A DNA stretch of 59,515 bases from an uncultured Lachnospiraceae bacterium (GCA_946538525.1 CAMNGU010000001.1:1-59515); one strand, 5' to 3'; shown: positions 1 to 9,545, numbered from the stretch's first letter. Numbers and translations are program-made. The notes: generated by a model from the sequence alone, not told the origin.

Positions 1-123
1 GTTATTCCGGATAATGTGATCGTAAAAAATGAAAATCTTGCTCTATCGCTTTCATTTTTAAAGACTTGCATGTTAAGAAATGAAGAACCAGATATAGATA
101 TCACACTGAGAAATGAGGATTAA
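1..123 (+). CDS. rex: 3' end of a gene truncated by the window edge, probably a redox-sensing repressor Rex
   Basis: Frame 1 is open from base 1 to TAA at 121-123 (VIPDNVIVKNENLALSLSFL...). This resembles the Rex C-terminal V-P-x-x-V-x-V-x-N-x-x-L-x-x-S-L segment, and Rex genes accompany hydS/hydA2 clusters in Clostridia. Only 40 aa are visible. Confidence 0.55.
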   Translation, partial: VIPDNVIVKNENLALSLSFLKTCMLRNEEPDIDITLRNED

Positions 124-124
124 T

Positions 125-880
125 ATGACATTTGACAGAGTTATTGCTGTAAGAAATACAAAGACAGTATACCGTAATGGTGAAGTATGTATAAAGGTGT
201 TTAATGAGGGGTTTAAAAAGTCCGAAATACTATCCGAAGCCCAGAACCTGGCGATGATGGAAGAGTCGGGAATGGTTGTTCCGGAACTTATGGAAGTGAA
301 AAAGATTGATGGAAAATGGGCTATAACAACTGAGTATGTTAAGGGAAAAACTCTTGCCATGAAGATGAAAGAGAGCCCGGAGAAGTTGGATGATTATATG
401 GATAGATTTACTGACATTCATATGGATATCATAACGAGGAAATGCAAATATTTGGACAGGCTTACAGATAGGCTTAATACAAAAATTAGTGATTCGAAGT
501 TGGCAGCAACATTAAGGTATGATCTCCATGCCAGACTATATGATTTGCCACAGAGAGACAATATATGCCATGGGGATTTTAATCCTACAAATATTATTGT
601 TTCGGAAGATGATACAGCATATATCATCGATTGGTCACGAGTTAGCAGAGGAAATATGCTTGCGGATATAGCTAATACATATCTGGAATTCATAGTGGAT
701 ATGGACGAGGAAATTGCAGAAAAATATTTAGATTCCATGTGCAATAAAATGAATATCAACCGTGAGAAAATCAACAAGTGGATTCCAATTATAGCGGTTT
801 CAAACACTGTTGGTGCAAATCGTGAGAGAAGAACAAAGCTAATGGAAATATATAAGAAAAGTTCTCTTATGGCTGAATAA
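125..880 (+). CDS. APH/choline-kinase-like phosphotransferase (RstK-like kinase of the H2-sensing cluster)
   Basis: CIKVF lysine, HGDFNPTN catalytic loop and IIDW metal-binding motif. GAGGA SD before ATG 125 (the ORF track starts at 113). Confidence 0.8.
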   Translation: MTFDRVIAVRNTKTVYRNGEVCIKVFNEGFKKSEILSEAQNLAMMEESGMVVPELMEVKKIDGKWAITTEYVKGKTLAMKMKESPEKLDDYMDRFTDIHMDIITRKCKYLDRLTDRLNTKISDSKLAATLRYDLHARLYDLPQRDNICHGDFNPTNIIVSEDDTAYIIDWSRVSRGNMLADIANTYLEFIVDMDEEIAEKYLDSMCNKMNINREKINKWIPIIAVSNTVGANRERRTKLMEIYKKSSLMAE

Positions 881-1003
881 AAGTTGAATATAAGGCTGAA
901 TAAAAAAGCTGAATAAAAATATGAGAACCAAAAACAAATAAAAAACGATTATAAAACATAATATTAATCAGGAATAACATTTATAAAATAAGGAGTTTAT
1001 TAA

Positions 1004-1246
1004 ATGAAAGTAACAATTTGTATTGGATCATCATGCCATTTAAAAGGATCAAGGCGTGTGATCGAGAGATTTCAGGAACTTATAAGCAGATATGAATTAT
1101 CTGACGATGTTGAGTTGGTTGGAACATTTTGCATGGGACATTGTCAAGAGGGAGTTTGTGTAACTGTTGATGATAAATTCTTTTCTGTATCACCAGAGAG
1201 TGCAGAAAGCTTTTTCGAAAAGGAGATTAAATGCAAAATTGCCTAA
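1004..1246 (+). CDS. hfsA: Thioredoxin-like [2Fe-2S] ferredoxin (NuoE/HfsA-like)
   Basis: CIGSSC...CMGHC cysteine pattern, AAGGAG SD, overlaps the next gene. Confidence 0.85.
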   Translation: MKVTICIGSSCHLKGSRRVIERFQELISRYELSDDVELVGTFCMGHCQEGVCVTVDDKFFSVSPESAESFFEKEIKCKIA

Positions 1247-2937
1247 CTTTAAAAAAATCAAATTGTAAGAATTGTTACAAGTGCATTCGTAATTGTCCGG
1301 TTAAGTCCATTCGATTTTCCGGAAATCAGGCACACATTATAAATGATGAATGTATCCTATGCGGAAGATGCTTTGTGGTATGTCCTCAGAATGCTAAGCA
1401 GATAGTTGATGAAACTGAAAAAGTTAAGGTGCTTATGCAGGGACAAACACCAGTAATAGCAAGCGTTGCTCCTTCATTTGTAGCAAACTATCCGGGAGTA
1501 GGAATAGCATCATTTAGAAAAGCTCTTCAAAAGATTGGATTTACAGATGCAGAGGAAACTGCACTAGGCGCAACTATAGTGAAAAAAGAATACGAAAGAA
1601 TTCTTAATGAGGAAAATAGAGATGTTATCATTTCTTCCTGCTGCCATTCTGTTAATCTCTTAATTCAGAAATATTATCCAAATTGTCTTACATATCTTGC
1701 AGATGTCATTTCGCCTATGCAGGCTCATGCAGCTAGTATAAAGAAAAGATATCCGGATGCAAAGGTTGTTTTTATCGGTCCATGTGTTTCTAAAAAGGAT
1801 GAGGTAGAACATTATAAAAATTATGTTGAAGCAGCTCTCACATTTGAGGAACTAAGCGAGTGGTTTAAGAAAGAGGAGGTAGAAGTTGAACAAACTTCTG
1901 ACTCCGAGAAAGAGAGCCTTGCAAGATTCTTCCCAACAACAGGTGGAATCCTTAAAACCATGACACAGAAGAATAGTGACTACGACTATCTGGCGATAGA
2001 TGGAGTTGAGAACTGTATAGATGCGTTAATGGACATTTCGGAAGGAAAGATACATAAATGCTTTATCGAGATGTCAGCCTGTGCAGGCAGCTGTGTTGGC
2101 GGACCTGTCATGGAAAGAAAGCATAATAGTCAGAATGGAAATATAAGCTATCGAAGAAATCCTGTTAGCGATTATCTGGCAGTATCTAGTTATGCAGGGA
2201 GTGAAGATTTCGATATTGATCAGCCGGATGTAACTGAGCTGAAGAAATTCTTAGAACCAATCGAGAAGAAGAATATATATCCACTTGATTACGAGATAAA
2301 TCAGATAATGAAACAGATGGGTAAAACAAGAAAGTGTGATGAACTTAATTGTGGTTCTTGTGGATATAACACTTGCAGGGATAAAGCGGTAGCTATCTTT
2401 CAGGGGAAGGCGGATATATCCATGTGTCTTCCTTATCTCAAGGAAAAGGCTGAAAGTTTTTCCGATGCCATTATCAAGAATACTCCAAATGGAATAATAG
2501 CTCTTAATGATGATCTGGAAGTACAGCTAATCAATACTGCGGCTTGTAAGATATTAAATATTCCAAGTCAGTCAGATATAATTGGTGAACCGATTGTCAG
2601 AGTACTTGATCCAAAACTTTTTATAAAGATTCAGCAGGGTTCTAGCTATGTTTACGATGAGAGAACTTATCTTGCGGAATATGGTAAATATGTGGAACAG
2701 ACAATAGTTCGTGATTCCGATAGAAAGATACTTATATGTATCATGACGGATGTTACTGAAGAGGAAAAAGAGCATAAGAGAAAAGATGAGATTAGTCAGC
2801 AGACGATAGAAATCGCAGATAAGGTAGTAGATAAACAGATGCGAATTGTACAGGAGATTGCTTCGCTTTTGGGGGAAACTGCAGCTGAAACAAAGATTGC
2901 ACTTACGAAATTGAAGGAGTCTATATCGGATGAATGA
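1231..2937 (+). CDS. hydS: Sensory (group C) [FeFe]-hydrogenase with 2x[4Fe-4S], an extra FeS motif and a C-terminal PAS domain (HydS/HfsB)
   Basis: Two CxxCxxCxxxCP motifs. Variant H-cluster motifs SSCCHS, GPCVSKKDE, EMSACAGSCVGG. LNCGSCGY..C motif and PAS-like NTPNGII region. Confidence 0.9.
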   Translation: MQNCLTLKKSNCKNCYKCIRNCPVKSIRFSGNQAHIINDECILCGRCFVVCPQNAKQIVDETEKVKVLMQGQTPVIASVAPSFVANYPGVGIASFRKALQKIGFTDAEETALGATIVKKEYERILNEENRDVIISSCCHSVNLLIQKYYPNCLTYLADVISPMQAHAASIKKRYPDAKVVFIGPCVSKKDEVEHYKNYVEAALTFEELSEWFKKEEVEVEQTSDSEKESLARFFPTTGGILKTMTQKNSDYDYLAIDGVENCIDALMDISEGKIHKCFIEMSACAGSCVGGPVMERKHNSQNGNISYRRNPVSDYLAVSSYAGSEDFDIDQPDVTELKKFLEPIEKKNIYPLDYEINQIMKQMGKTRKCDELNCGSCGYNTCRDKAVAIFQGKADISMCLPYLKEKAESFSDAIIKNTPNGIIALNDDLEVQLINTAACKILNIPSQSDIIGEPIVRVLDPKLFIKIQQGSSYVYDERTYLAEYGKYVEQTIVRDSDRKILICIMTDVTEEEKEHKRKDEISQQTIEIADKVVDKQMRIVQEIASLLGETAAETKIALTKLKESISDE

Positions 2938-4102
2938 TTTATGTGCGGATATTGGATATTTAAGTATTAATCATTTTGGAGAAAATCTATGTGGAGATCA
3001 TATCGACATAGTTGAACAATCAGAAGATTCTAAAGTTATAGTACTGGCGGATGGAATGGGAAGCGGTGTTAAAGCCAGTATACTATCGACGCTTACCTCG
3101 AAGATCATTTCAACAATGATGGCAGCGGGTATGTCAATTGAAGATTGTGTAGCAACTATTGCTGCAACACTTCCTGTATGTAAGGTTCGTGAAGTTGCAT
3201 ATTCAACCTTCACGATAATAAGAATTATCAATAGTGAGATGGTGGAGATTATTCAATATGATAATCCAAAGATTCTTTTTATAAGGGATGGGAAACCATT
3301 TAACTATCCAGAAATTGAAATGCATATTGGTGACAAGACTATATTCAAAACGACGATCAATCTTCTTGAAGGGGATACTATTGTTGCGATGAGTGACGGC
3401 TGTCCACATGCAGGCATAGGGTTGAGTTATAACTTTGGCTGGGAGATGAAAGATATCTCACAATATATGTGTACCATGTCTGTTGGGAATTTTACGGCTA
3501 AGACACTGTCTACAATGCTGATCGAAGAGGTAAACAGACTTTATGGTAATTGCCCTGGTGATGACGCAACTGCATGTGTAATAAAGATTAGAAAAAGAGC
3601 GCCCGTCAATATATTATTTGGCCCTCCATCTAACCGTGATGATTGTAATAGGATGATGAGTTTATTCTTTTCGAAAGATGGTAAACATATTGTGAGTGGT
3701 GGAACTACTGCGACTATTGTGGCTAAATGGCTTAAAAAACCGCTAATAACCAGTCTTGAATTTGATAAGAGTAATATGCCTCCGATAGCAAGTATTGATG
3801 GTGTTGATCTTGTTACTGAGGGTGTTATCACTATGAACAAGGTTGTTGAAAATGCTCGTGATTATCTTGAAAAGAATGAATTTTTCGAACAATGGGGTTA
3901 TGGAACAGACGGAGCCTCACTTATATGCAGATTACTCTTTGAGGAAGCGACAGATATAAATTTTTATGTCGGTAAAGCAATAAATCCTGCGCATCAGAAT
4001 CCAGATCTTCCAATTAATTTTAACATCAAAATGAATCTAGTTCAGAATCTGTCTGAATTACTGGTAAAGATGGGAAAACGAATCAAGATATCATATTTTT
4101 AA
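2930..4102 (+). CDS. hfsC: SpoIIE/PP2C-type Ser/Thr phosphatase (HfsC/RstP-like)
   Basis: CGD, LADGMGSG, SDG and GDDAT PP2C motifs; overlaps hydS. Confidence 0.88.
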   Translation: MNDLCADIGYLSINHFGENLCGDHIDIVEQSEDSKVIVLADGMGSGVKASILSTLTSKIISTMMAAGMSIEDCVATIAATLPVCKVREVAYSTFTIIRIINSEMVEIIQYDNPKILFIRDGKPFNYPEIEMHIGDKTIFKTTINLLEGDTIVAMSDGCPHAGIGLSYNFGWEMKDISQYMCTMSVGNFTAKTLSTMLIEEVNRLYGNCPGDDATACVIKIRKRAPVNILFGPPSNRDDCNRMMSLFFSKDGKHIVSGGTTATIVAKWLKKPLITSLEFDKSNMPPIASIDGVDLVTEGVITMNKVVENARDYLEKNEFFEQWGYGTDGASLICRLLFEEATDINFYVGKAINPAHQNPDLPINFNIKMNLVQNLSELLVKMGKRIKISYF

Positions 4103-4114
4103 TAGGAGTTTATT

Positions 4115-5554
4115 ATGAATAATTCAAGAAAATTCGACACCAAAGTGCAATACCTTAAATATAAAGTATTAAGAGAAGTTGCACGCCAGGCTTGGAATGG
4201 AACTTTACTAGAGAACATCTTGGATATTCCAAAAGAAATTGTTCCTGGTAAGGTGCCTACAATGAGATGTTGCGTATATAAAGAGCGTGCAATAGTTGGC
4301 GAACGCGTTAAGCTGGCTATGGGAGGAAAGGTTGAGAATAGTAACATAATTGAAGTTATAGATATTGCATGCGATGAGTGCCCTGCCGCAGGATATGAGG
4401 TTACAGATTCCTGCCGAGGATGTCTTGCTCATAGATGTGAGAGCGTATGCCCTAGGGGAGCGATTTCATTTGACCATAATCATGTGGCACATATTGATAA
4501 GACGAAATGTGTTGAATGTGGTCAGTGCGCGAAGGTCTGTCCTTTTTCCGCTATCGCAAATAGAAAGCGTCCATGTCAGGTTGCCTGCAAGATCAATGCG
4601 ATTTCAATAAATGAGAATAATTCTGCTGCAATCAATTATGACAAGTGTATCTCTTGTGGTGCTTGTGTTTATCAATGCCCATTTGGTGCGATTTCAGATA
4701 AATCATATATTTTGAATGTTATTGACTTGATCAAGAAAAGTCAGGGAGGAGATGGTTCGAAGGTTTTCGCAATTATTGCTCCAGCTATATACAGTCAGTT
4801 CAGCTATGCTAGCGTCGGACAGATTGTTGCCGGAATTAAAAAGTTGGGATTCCATACTGTTGTGGAAGTGGCGCTTGGAGCGGATATGGTTGCAAAGTCA
4901 GAATCCATGGAACTTGTTGAAAAAGAGTTCCTGACAAGTTCATGCTGCCCAGCCTTTGTTTCATATATTGAAAAGAGTTATCCGGAATTACTTCCTTTTG
5001 TTTCGCATAATCCTTCTCCTATGGTTGCCCTTGCAAAATACATCAAGGAACATGAGGAGAATGCCAAGGTAGTATTTATAGGGCCTTGTACAGCCAAGAA
5101 GATGGAGATGAAGAAGGGAGAAGCTGATCGTTATGTGGATTCGGTTTTGACATTTGAGGAGCTTCAGGCACTCTTAGATAGTAAGGATATTGATGTATCG
5201 GAGCTTGAGGAAGATGTGCTGGATAATGCATCATACTATGGAAGAATATTTGCCAGAAGCGGCGGACTCTCTGAGGCGGTTGCTGAAGCGCTTAAGGAAC
5301 AGGGACATGAAGATTTTGCTCTTAATGCTATTCAGTGTGATGGCATCGAAGCATGTAGAAAGGCTCTGATTCTGAAGAGTAAAGGAATGCTCAAGAATAA
5401 TTTTATAGAAGGTATGGCATGCCAGGGCGGTTGTATTGGCGGTGCCGGGGTACTTACACACGGTGATAGAAATAAAGTAAAAGTAGATGAGTATGGAAAG
5501 CAAGCATATGAAAAGAAAATACTTGATGCGTTATCTGTATTAGATTTAGATTAA
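4115..5554 (+). CDS. hfsD: Monomeric ferredoxin-linked [FeFe]-hydrogenase (group B, HfsD/HydA2-like)
   Basis: H-cluster motifs TSSCCPAF, GPCTAKKME, EGMACQGGCIGG and several 4Fe-4S motifs. Confidence 0.9.
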   Translation: MNNSRKFDTKVQYLKYKVLREVARQAWNGTLLENILDIPKEIVPGKVPTMRCCVYKERAIVGERVKLAMGGKVENSNIIEVIDIACDECPAAGYEVTDSCRGCLAHRCESVCPRGAISFDHNHVAHIDKTKCVECGQCAKVCPFSAIANRKRPCQVACKINAISINENNSAAINYDKCISCGACVYQCPFGAISDKSYILNVIDLIKKSQGGDGSKVFAIIAPAIYSQFSYASVGQIVAGIKKLGFHTVVEVALGADMVAKSESMELVEKEFLTSSCCPAFVSYIEKSYPELLPFVSHNPSPMVALAKYIKEHEENAKVVFIGPCTAKKMEMKKGEADRYVDSVLTFEELQALLDSKDIDVSELEEDVLDNASYYGRIFARSGGLSEAVAEALKEQGHEDFALNAIQCDGIEACRKALILKSKGMLKNNFIEGMACQGGCIGGAGVLTHGDRNKVKVDEYGKQAYEKKILDALSVLDLD

Positions 5555-5714
5555 TAAGCTGGTGATGGCGCGGGGATTTTTTAAAGATATATTAAACTAT
5601 TTAAGTATTATACATAGACCTAAAAATCTGAAAAGCCCCTAAATGATATTCCCCGTGCCTTTCCATAAATCTTTAAAAGAAAATCTTTAAAAGAAGTAAT
5701 AATTTTTGATAACT

Positions 5715-5745
5715 AGAAGGCAGTTCCTTAGGGAGCTGCTTTTTT
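5715..5745 (+). terminator. Rho-independent terminator after the hydrogenase operon
   Basis: AGGCAGTTCC-TTAG-GGAGCTGCTT stem followed by a T-run. Confidence 0.8.
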
Positions 5746-5819
5746 GTTATGGAAGTAAGTTAGAGAGGGCATTGGGTGATATTGTAAATTAGTTAAAAAA
5801 GTGTGTTAGGGGAAAGAGT

Positions 5820-6219
5820 GGTGCCAACTTGCTTTGATAAGCTGATATATGCACGATAAGCTGGAGGAGAAGGGAAGCAAGTGGTGCCAACTTGCTTTGA
5901 TAAGCTGATTTGTGAACGATAAGTTGGAGGGTGTGGTTCCAACTTACTTTGGCATCTTCATATACGCACATTAAAGCAAGATGAACTATTACTATCTTGG
6001 AAAAGCGTGCGTATACGAAAACAACAAGATGCTTTGGCACCCCTTTAGGTTTGGCGAGCAAAAATATGTGTGCGTATATGCAATCAATAGATACTTTTGG
6101 AACCTCAACTTATCAAAAGGCGTGCGTATATGAAAACAACAAGATGCTTTGGCACCCCTTTAAGCTTGGCAAGCAAAAATAGGTGCGCATATATCAGAAT
6201 ATCAATAGACTTTGGCACC
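5820..6219. repeat. Array of seven bipartite GGT(G/T)CCAA-N17-ATATACGCAC motifs (3 forward, 4 reverse)
   Basis: Forward units start at 5820, 5883, 5935; reverse units end at 6041, 6104, 6156, 6219. The spacer is 17 nt in all seven copies. Confidence 0.9.
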
Positions 6220-6254
6220 CTAGGGTTCACTCATTGGGGGATCCCTAGAATAAA

Positions 6255-7763
6255 TTAGTGGAATGAAATCACTTTTTCATAATCATATCCACGGTCTGGT
6301 GTTGCCACTCTTGGTTTAACTTCAAAGAAAACTATACCGTTTCTATTAAGTGAGATAGAAGTATTCAGCTTTCCGTCCTCGTTAGAAAGAATCTCACTTT
6401 GGACAAGTGGAAATGCTCCACTTCGGATAAGCTTTGTCTCTTCTTTGGTTGGAGTTGTAGGCTCCCCCATGTCGTGCCATATCTTTAGTGGATTACAGCA
6501 CTGTTCATCCACTGTTTTTGTAATAAGAGTATATTCTTTTTCGGTTGCTTGGAAATCCAGTGGAAGCTCTAATTCCATCTTAAAATCTTCTTCATCGATG
6601 TTCCAGAGAATACCAGCGTAACCAGTGTCGTTTTTAACTATTACTGAATTTTTATCTCTATTTACGCAGGTTTCTCCTGCCAGCTTCAGCTGCTTATAGA
6701 AGGCGAAGGTCCAGAATGTAGGCTTTGGAATACATCCAGCTGCTACCATACCGAATCCGCCATGGAATAGTGAAAATGGTACGCCTCTTTCTTCAAATAC
6801 ATCACCAAAGGTCCAGTATGAATAAGCTTCATTCATATCTCCAAGTCTTGAAAGGTGTTCTGCGAGAAATGCAGCATTTATATTAGTATCGTGAATGACA
6901 CCTTGTGGAGTATATGAAGTACTAAATTCTGTTAAATGGATTGGTGTATCTTTATATTCTTCGAAGGAATCAATAATATCTCTTGTGGACTGAAGATTTG
7001 CAAATCTCATTTCCACATCTTCTAATTTTGAGTAGTCGTAATGACCGAGTTTCTCTGGAAATTCTACTGTATAGTGGTGCCTTGTTACCACATCTGGCTT
7101 AATGTTATTCTTCCTGCAGAAGGTAAGGAATTCTCTGATCCATTCCTCGTCCATAACGCCGCAGATAGCAGGTCCACCAACTTTGAAGCGACTGTCATAA
7201 TTTTTGATGGCATTGTAGCTTTCTTTGAATAACTTAAAGTATTCGTCCTTATCTGCATTGTACCAAAAGCCTGGAAGATTCGGCTCATTCCAAACTTCTA
7301 TTGGCCAGTCTAGAACTTCTTCACCATAGCGACCACGAAGGTGCTTTAGAAGTGCAACAACCATATCTTTCCATAGATTATAATCCTTAGGTGGGGTAGT
7401 ATTTCCCTTCCAGTAAAAAATTGTCTGGGTACCTTTAGCCATCTGTGATGGCATGAATCCTAACTCGATATATGGACGAATTCCCAGCTCCAAATACTTA
7501 TCAAATATTCGGTCCAGATAAGTGTAATTATATTCGACAGCTGGGCCTTCCTCAGTCATGTATTCATGGAAAATAGCTACATCATCAGAGAAAAGTCCAT
7601 GACCTCTAATATACTTAAATCCGATTATATCTTGAACGAACTTTAGCTGTTCCTGATATTCCTGAGTCAGCGCAAGTCCAAGACGGCCGGTTCCTACGCA
7701 GAAATCGGCGTTATTATTGAAGTTAACCCGATTGGAGGGATCAACTGTTAGATGCTTATTCAT
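6255..7763 (-). CDS. xynB: GH39 beta-xylosidase
   Basis: YIRGHGLF, EVWNEP (acid/base) and HLTEF (nucleophile) motifs; AGGAGG SD; no signal peptide. Confidence 0.9.
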   Translation of the reverse strand: MNKHLTVDPSNRVNFNNNADFCVGTGRLGLALTQEYQEQLKFVQDIIGFKYIRGHGLFSDDVAIFHEYMTEEGPAVEYNYTYLDRIFDKYLELGIRPYIELGFMPSQMAKGTQTIFYWKGNTTPPKDYNLWKDMVVALLKHLRGRYGEEVLDWPIEVWNEPNLPGFWYNADKDEYFKLFKESYNAIKNYDSRFKVGGPAICGVMDEEWIREFLTFCRKNNIKPDVVTRHHYTVEFPEKLGHYDYSKLEDVEMRFANLQSTRDIIDSFEEYKDTPIHLTEFSTSYTPQGVIHDTNINAAFLAEHLSRLGDMNEAYSYWTFGDVFEERGVPFSLFHGGFGMVAAGCIPKPTFWTFAFYKQLKLAGETCVNRDKNSVIVKNDTGYAGILWNIDEEDFKMELELPLDFQATEKEYTLITKTVDEQCCNPLKIWHDMGEPTTPTKEETKLIRSGAFPLVQSEILSNEDGKLNTSISLNRNGIVFFEVKPRVATPDRGYDYEKVISFH

Positions 7764-7908
7764 TTACTTTTAACCTCCTGAAAAATTCTCCCTGCGGAAT
7801 TATTCTATCACAATTTCTTATGGACATAAAGAGTACACATCGCCGTTTTATACTCCGGATTGAAAAGAAATTTGAAATGAAATAAGTAAAAAACAAGTGG
7901 GGGCGACT

Positions 7909-9531
7909 ATGAAAAAACATTTTATAATTTTTGGAAGTGTATTTTTTACTGCGGTGCTGGTTTTGTTTGCAATCATTATGTGTGCCGTTACGAAGGACCA
8001 GATTGATGAGATGAATATGCTTTTTGAAAACTCATTTTCATCTCAGTATTGGTTTTATGAGATGAATAAAGGATTTGAAGGGGAAGAATATATTGAAGGT
8101 TTTGAGTTGCAATCATTTATTTCTTCATTTTATGAGGATCAGATGTATCAGTACGTGGATAATTTTAATTCAGGAATGTATAATGCGATAATCGATACAA
8201 ATAATGATTATTCTATTATTGCAGAATCAAGGGATATTGTTCAGGTTTATACAAGCTATAACGACACATATGATTCCAGGATAGCTTTTCCTTCTAATGA
8301 AATTTTCGAGTCGGATGATCTGTCTTTTTATTCCTACTCTGGCTTTGAGAACTCAAAGGTTGATGATTATTTCATATATGATGGAGAGGGAAAAGTCGAA
8401 AATTATGAAAATGCTCTTGAACTAAAATGGGATCAGCCATTATTTGTAAATGAAGATGACTTTGTTTCATTTGAAGAATGGATAAAAAATGGAGAGGCTA
8501 GTGTTGATTTCCATGTCTTTCCGTATAATCAAAATGCGAAAAAAACCAAGGCAAATAATGATGCGAAAAAACTTTCAAATGAGTATGTTGAAATGTACAG
8601 AAATCTTGGGAGTTCATCTGGAGGAGAAGTTCTAAAGGAATTGGGGATATTTACCTCAAGAGAAATATATTTCCGTGTGGAAGAGGATGAGGGGATCCTG
8701 GTTACTTATTGTTCTATATATAAACCCTTTGAAAGGGCTATTGCACAAAATAAGAAGTTTTATCTGTCGGCACTGATAATATTTATTCTGATGGAACTAT
8801 TCATAATTGTATCAACAAGGAGACTTTACCTGAGTCAGAAGAGTTTTGAGATAAGGTCTCAGCGACTTACACGAGGCGTGGCTCATGAGCTGAAAACTCC
8901 ACTGGCTGTTACAAAGGCATGTGTGGAAAATTGGGAATATATAGATGAAGACGAAAGGCACGAATATTCTGAGAAAATAATCTCTGAAGTGGACCATATG
9001 GCCGGCTTGATAACCAAGCTGCTAGAACTGTCTAAACTCAGTGGTGGGAAAAGTCAGGTGCAAAGAGAAGATATTGATCTGCTTGCACTGACCAGGAGCA
9101 TTTACTCTCAGATGAGCGAGCTTGCCAGGGAGAAAAATCTGGAGGTGTCCATCTCTGGTACGAAAGAGGATGAAGATTATATTATAAGCGCTGACCTGGA
9201 AATGATGCATATAGTGATCAGCAACTTCATTTCAAATGCAATTAAGTATTCGGATTCATTCATTCGTGTTGCTGTTTCAGACCTGGGAAGAAGGATAGAA
9301 TTTAGAATAACCAATGACGGGGCAGTGGTTGAAAGAAAGGACCTGAATAAGGTTTGGGATGTTTTTTATAGAACCAATGAAGTGAGAAATGACAGAATTG
9401 AAAGTAGCGGAGTAGGGCTTGCGGTTGTAAAGAGTATACTTGACCTTCATAAGGCAAAATATGGTTGTGAAAGTAATGTGCATAGTACCACATTTTACTT
9501 TATAATAGATAAAGCTAAAGAAAAAAATTAA
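7909..9531 (+). CDS. Membrane sensor histidine kinase (HisKA + HATPase)
   Basis: Two TM segments around an extracellular domain; AHELKTPL H-box, NAIKY N-box, GVGL G2-box. Confidence 0.9.
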   Translation: MKKHFIIFGSVFFTAVLVLFAIIMCAVTKDQIDEMNMLFENSFSSQYWFYEMNKGFEGEEYIEGFELQSFISSFYEDQMYQYVDNFNSGMYNAIIDTNNDYSIIAESRDIVQVYTSYNDTYDSRIAFPSNEIFESDDLSFYSYSGFENSKVDDYFIYDGEGKVENYENALELKWDQPLFVNEDDFVSFEEWIKNGEASVDFHVFPYNQNAKKTKANNDAKKLSNEYVEMYRNLGSSSGGEVLKELGIFTSREIYFRVEEDEGILVTYCSIYKPFERAIAQNKKFYLSALIIFILMELFIIVSTRRLYLSQKSFEIRSQRLTRGVAHELKTPLAVTKACVENWEYIDEDERHEYSEKIISEVDHMAGLITKLLELSKLSGGKSQVQREDIDLLALTRSIYSQMSELAREKNLEVSISGTKEDEDYIISADLEMMHIVISNFISNAIKYSDSFIRVAVSDLGRRIEFRITNDGAVVERKDLNKVWDVFYRTNEVRNDRIESSGVGLAVVKSILDLHKAKYGCESNVHSTTFYFIIDKAKEKN

Positions 9532-9545
9532 GGACGATAAAGTTT

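Noticed and set aside
125-880. Aminoglycoside resistance gene
   Set aside because: Only the generic APH/kinase fold motifs are present, and the context is a hydrogenase regulatory cluster.
881-1003. Rex operator upstream of hfsA
   Set aside because: Only a half-site (ATAACAT) resembles TTGTTAA-N4-TTAACAA; no palindrome.
5789-6182. ORFs 5789-6061 (-) and 5997-6182 (+)
   Set aside because: They are translations of the repeat array with no convincing SD, and the 52-bp spacing breaks any consistent reading frame.
5820-6219. CRISPR array
   Set aside because: No contiguous 25-40-bp identical repeat, units switch orientation midway, intervening sequences are themselves duplicated, and there are no cas genes.
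5820-6219. Sigma-54 promoters (TTGGCAC resembles the -24 box)
   Set aside because: No copy has the required GC exactly 10 nt after the GG, and the array lies between two gene 3' ends.
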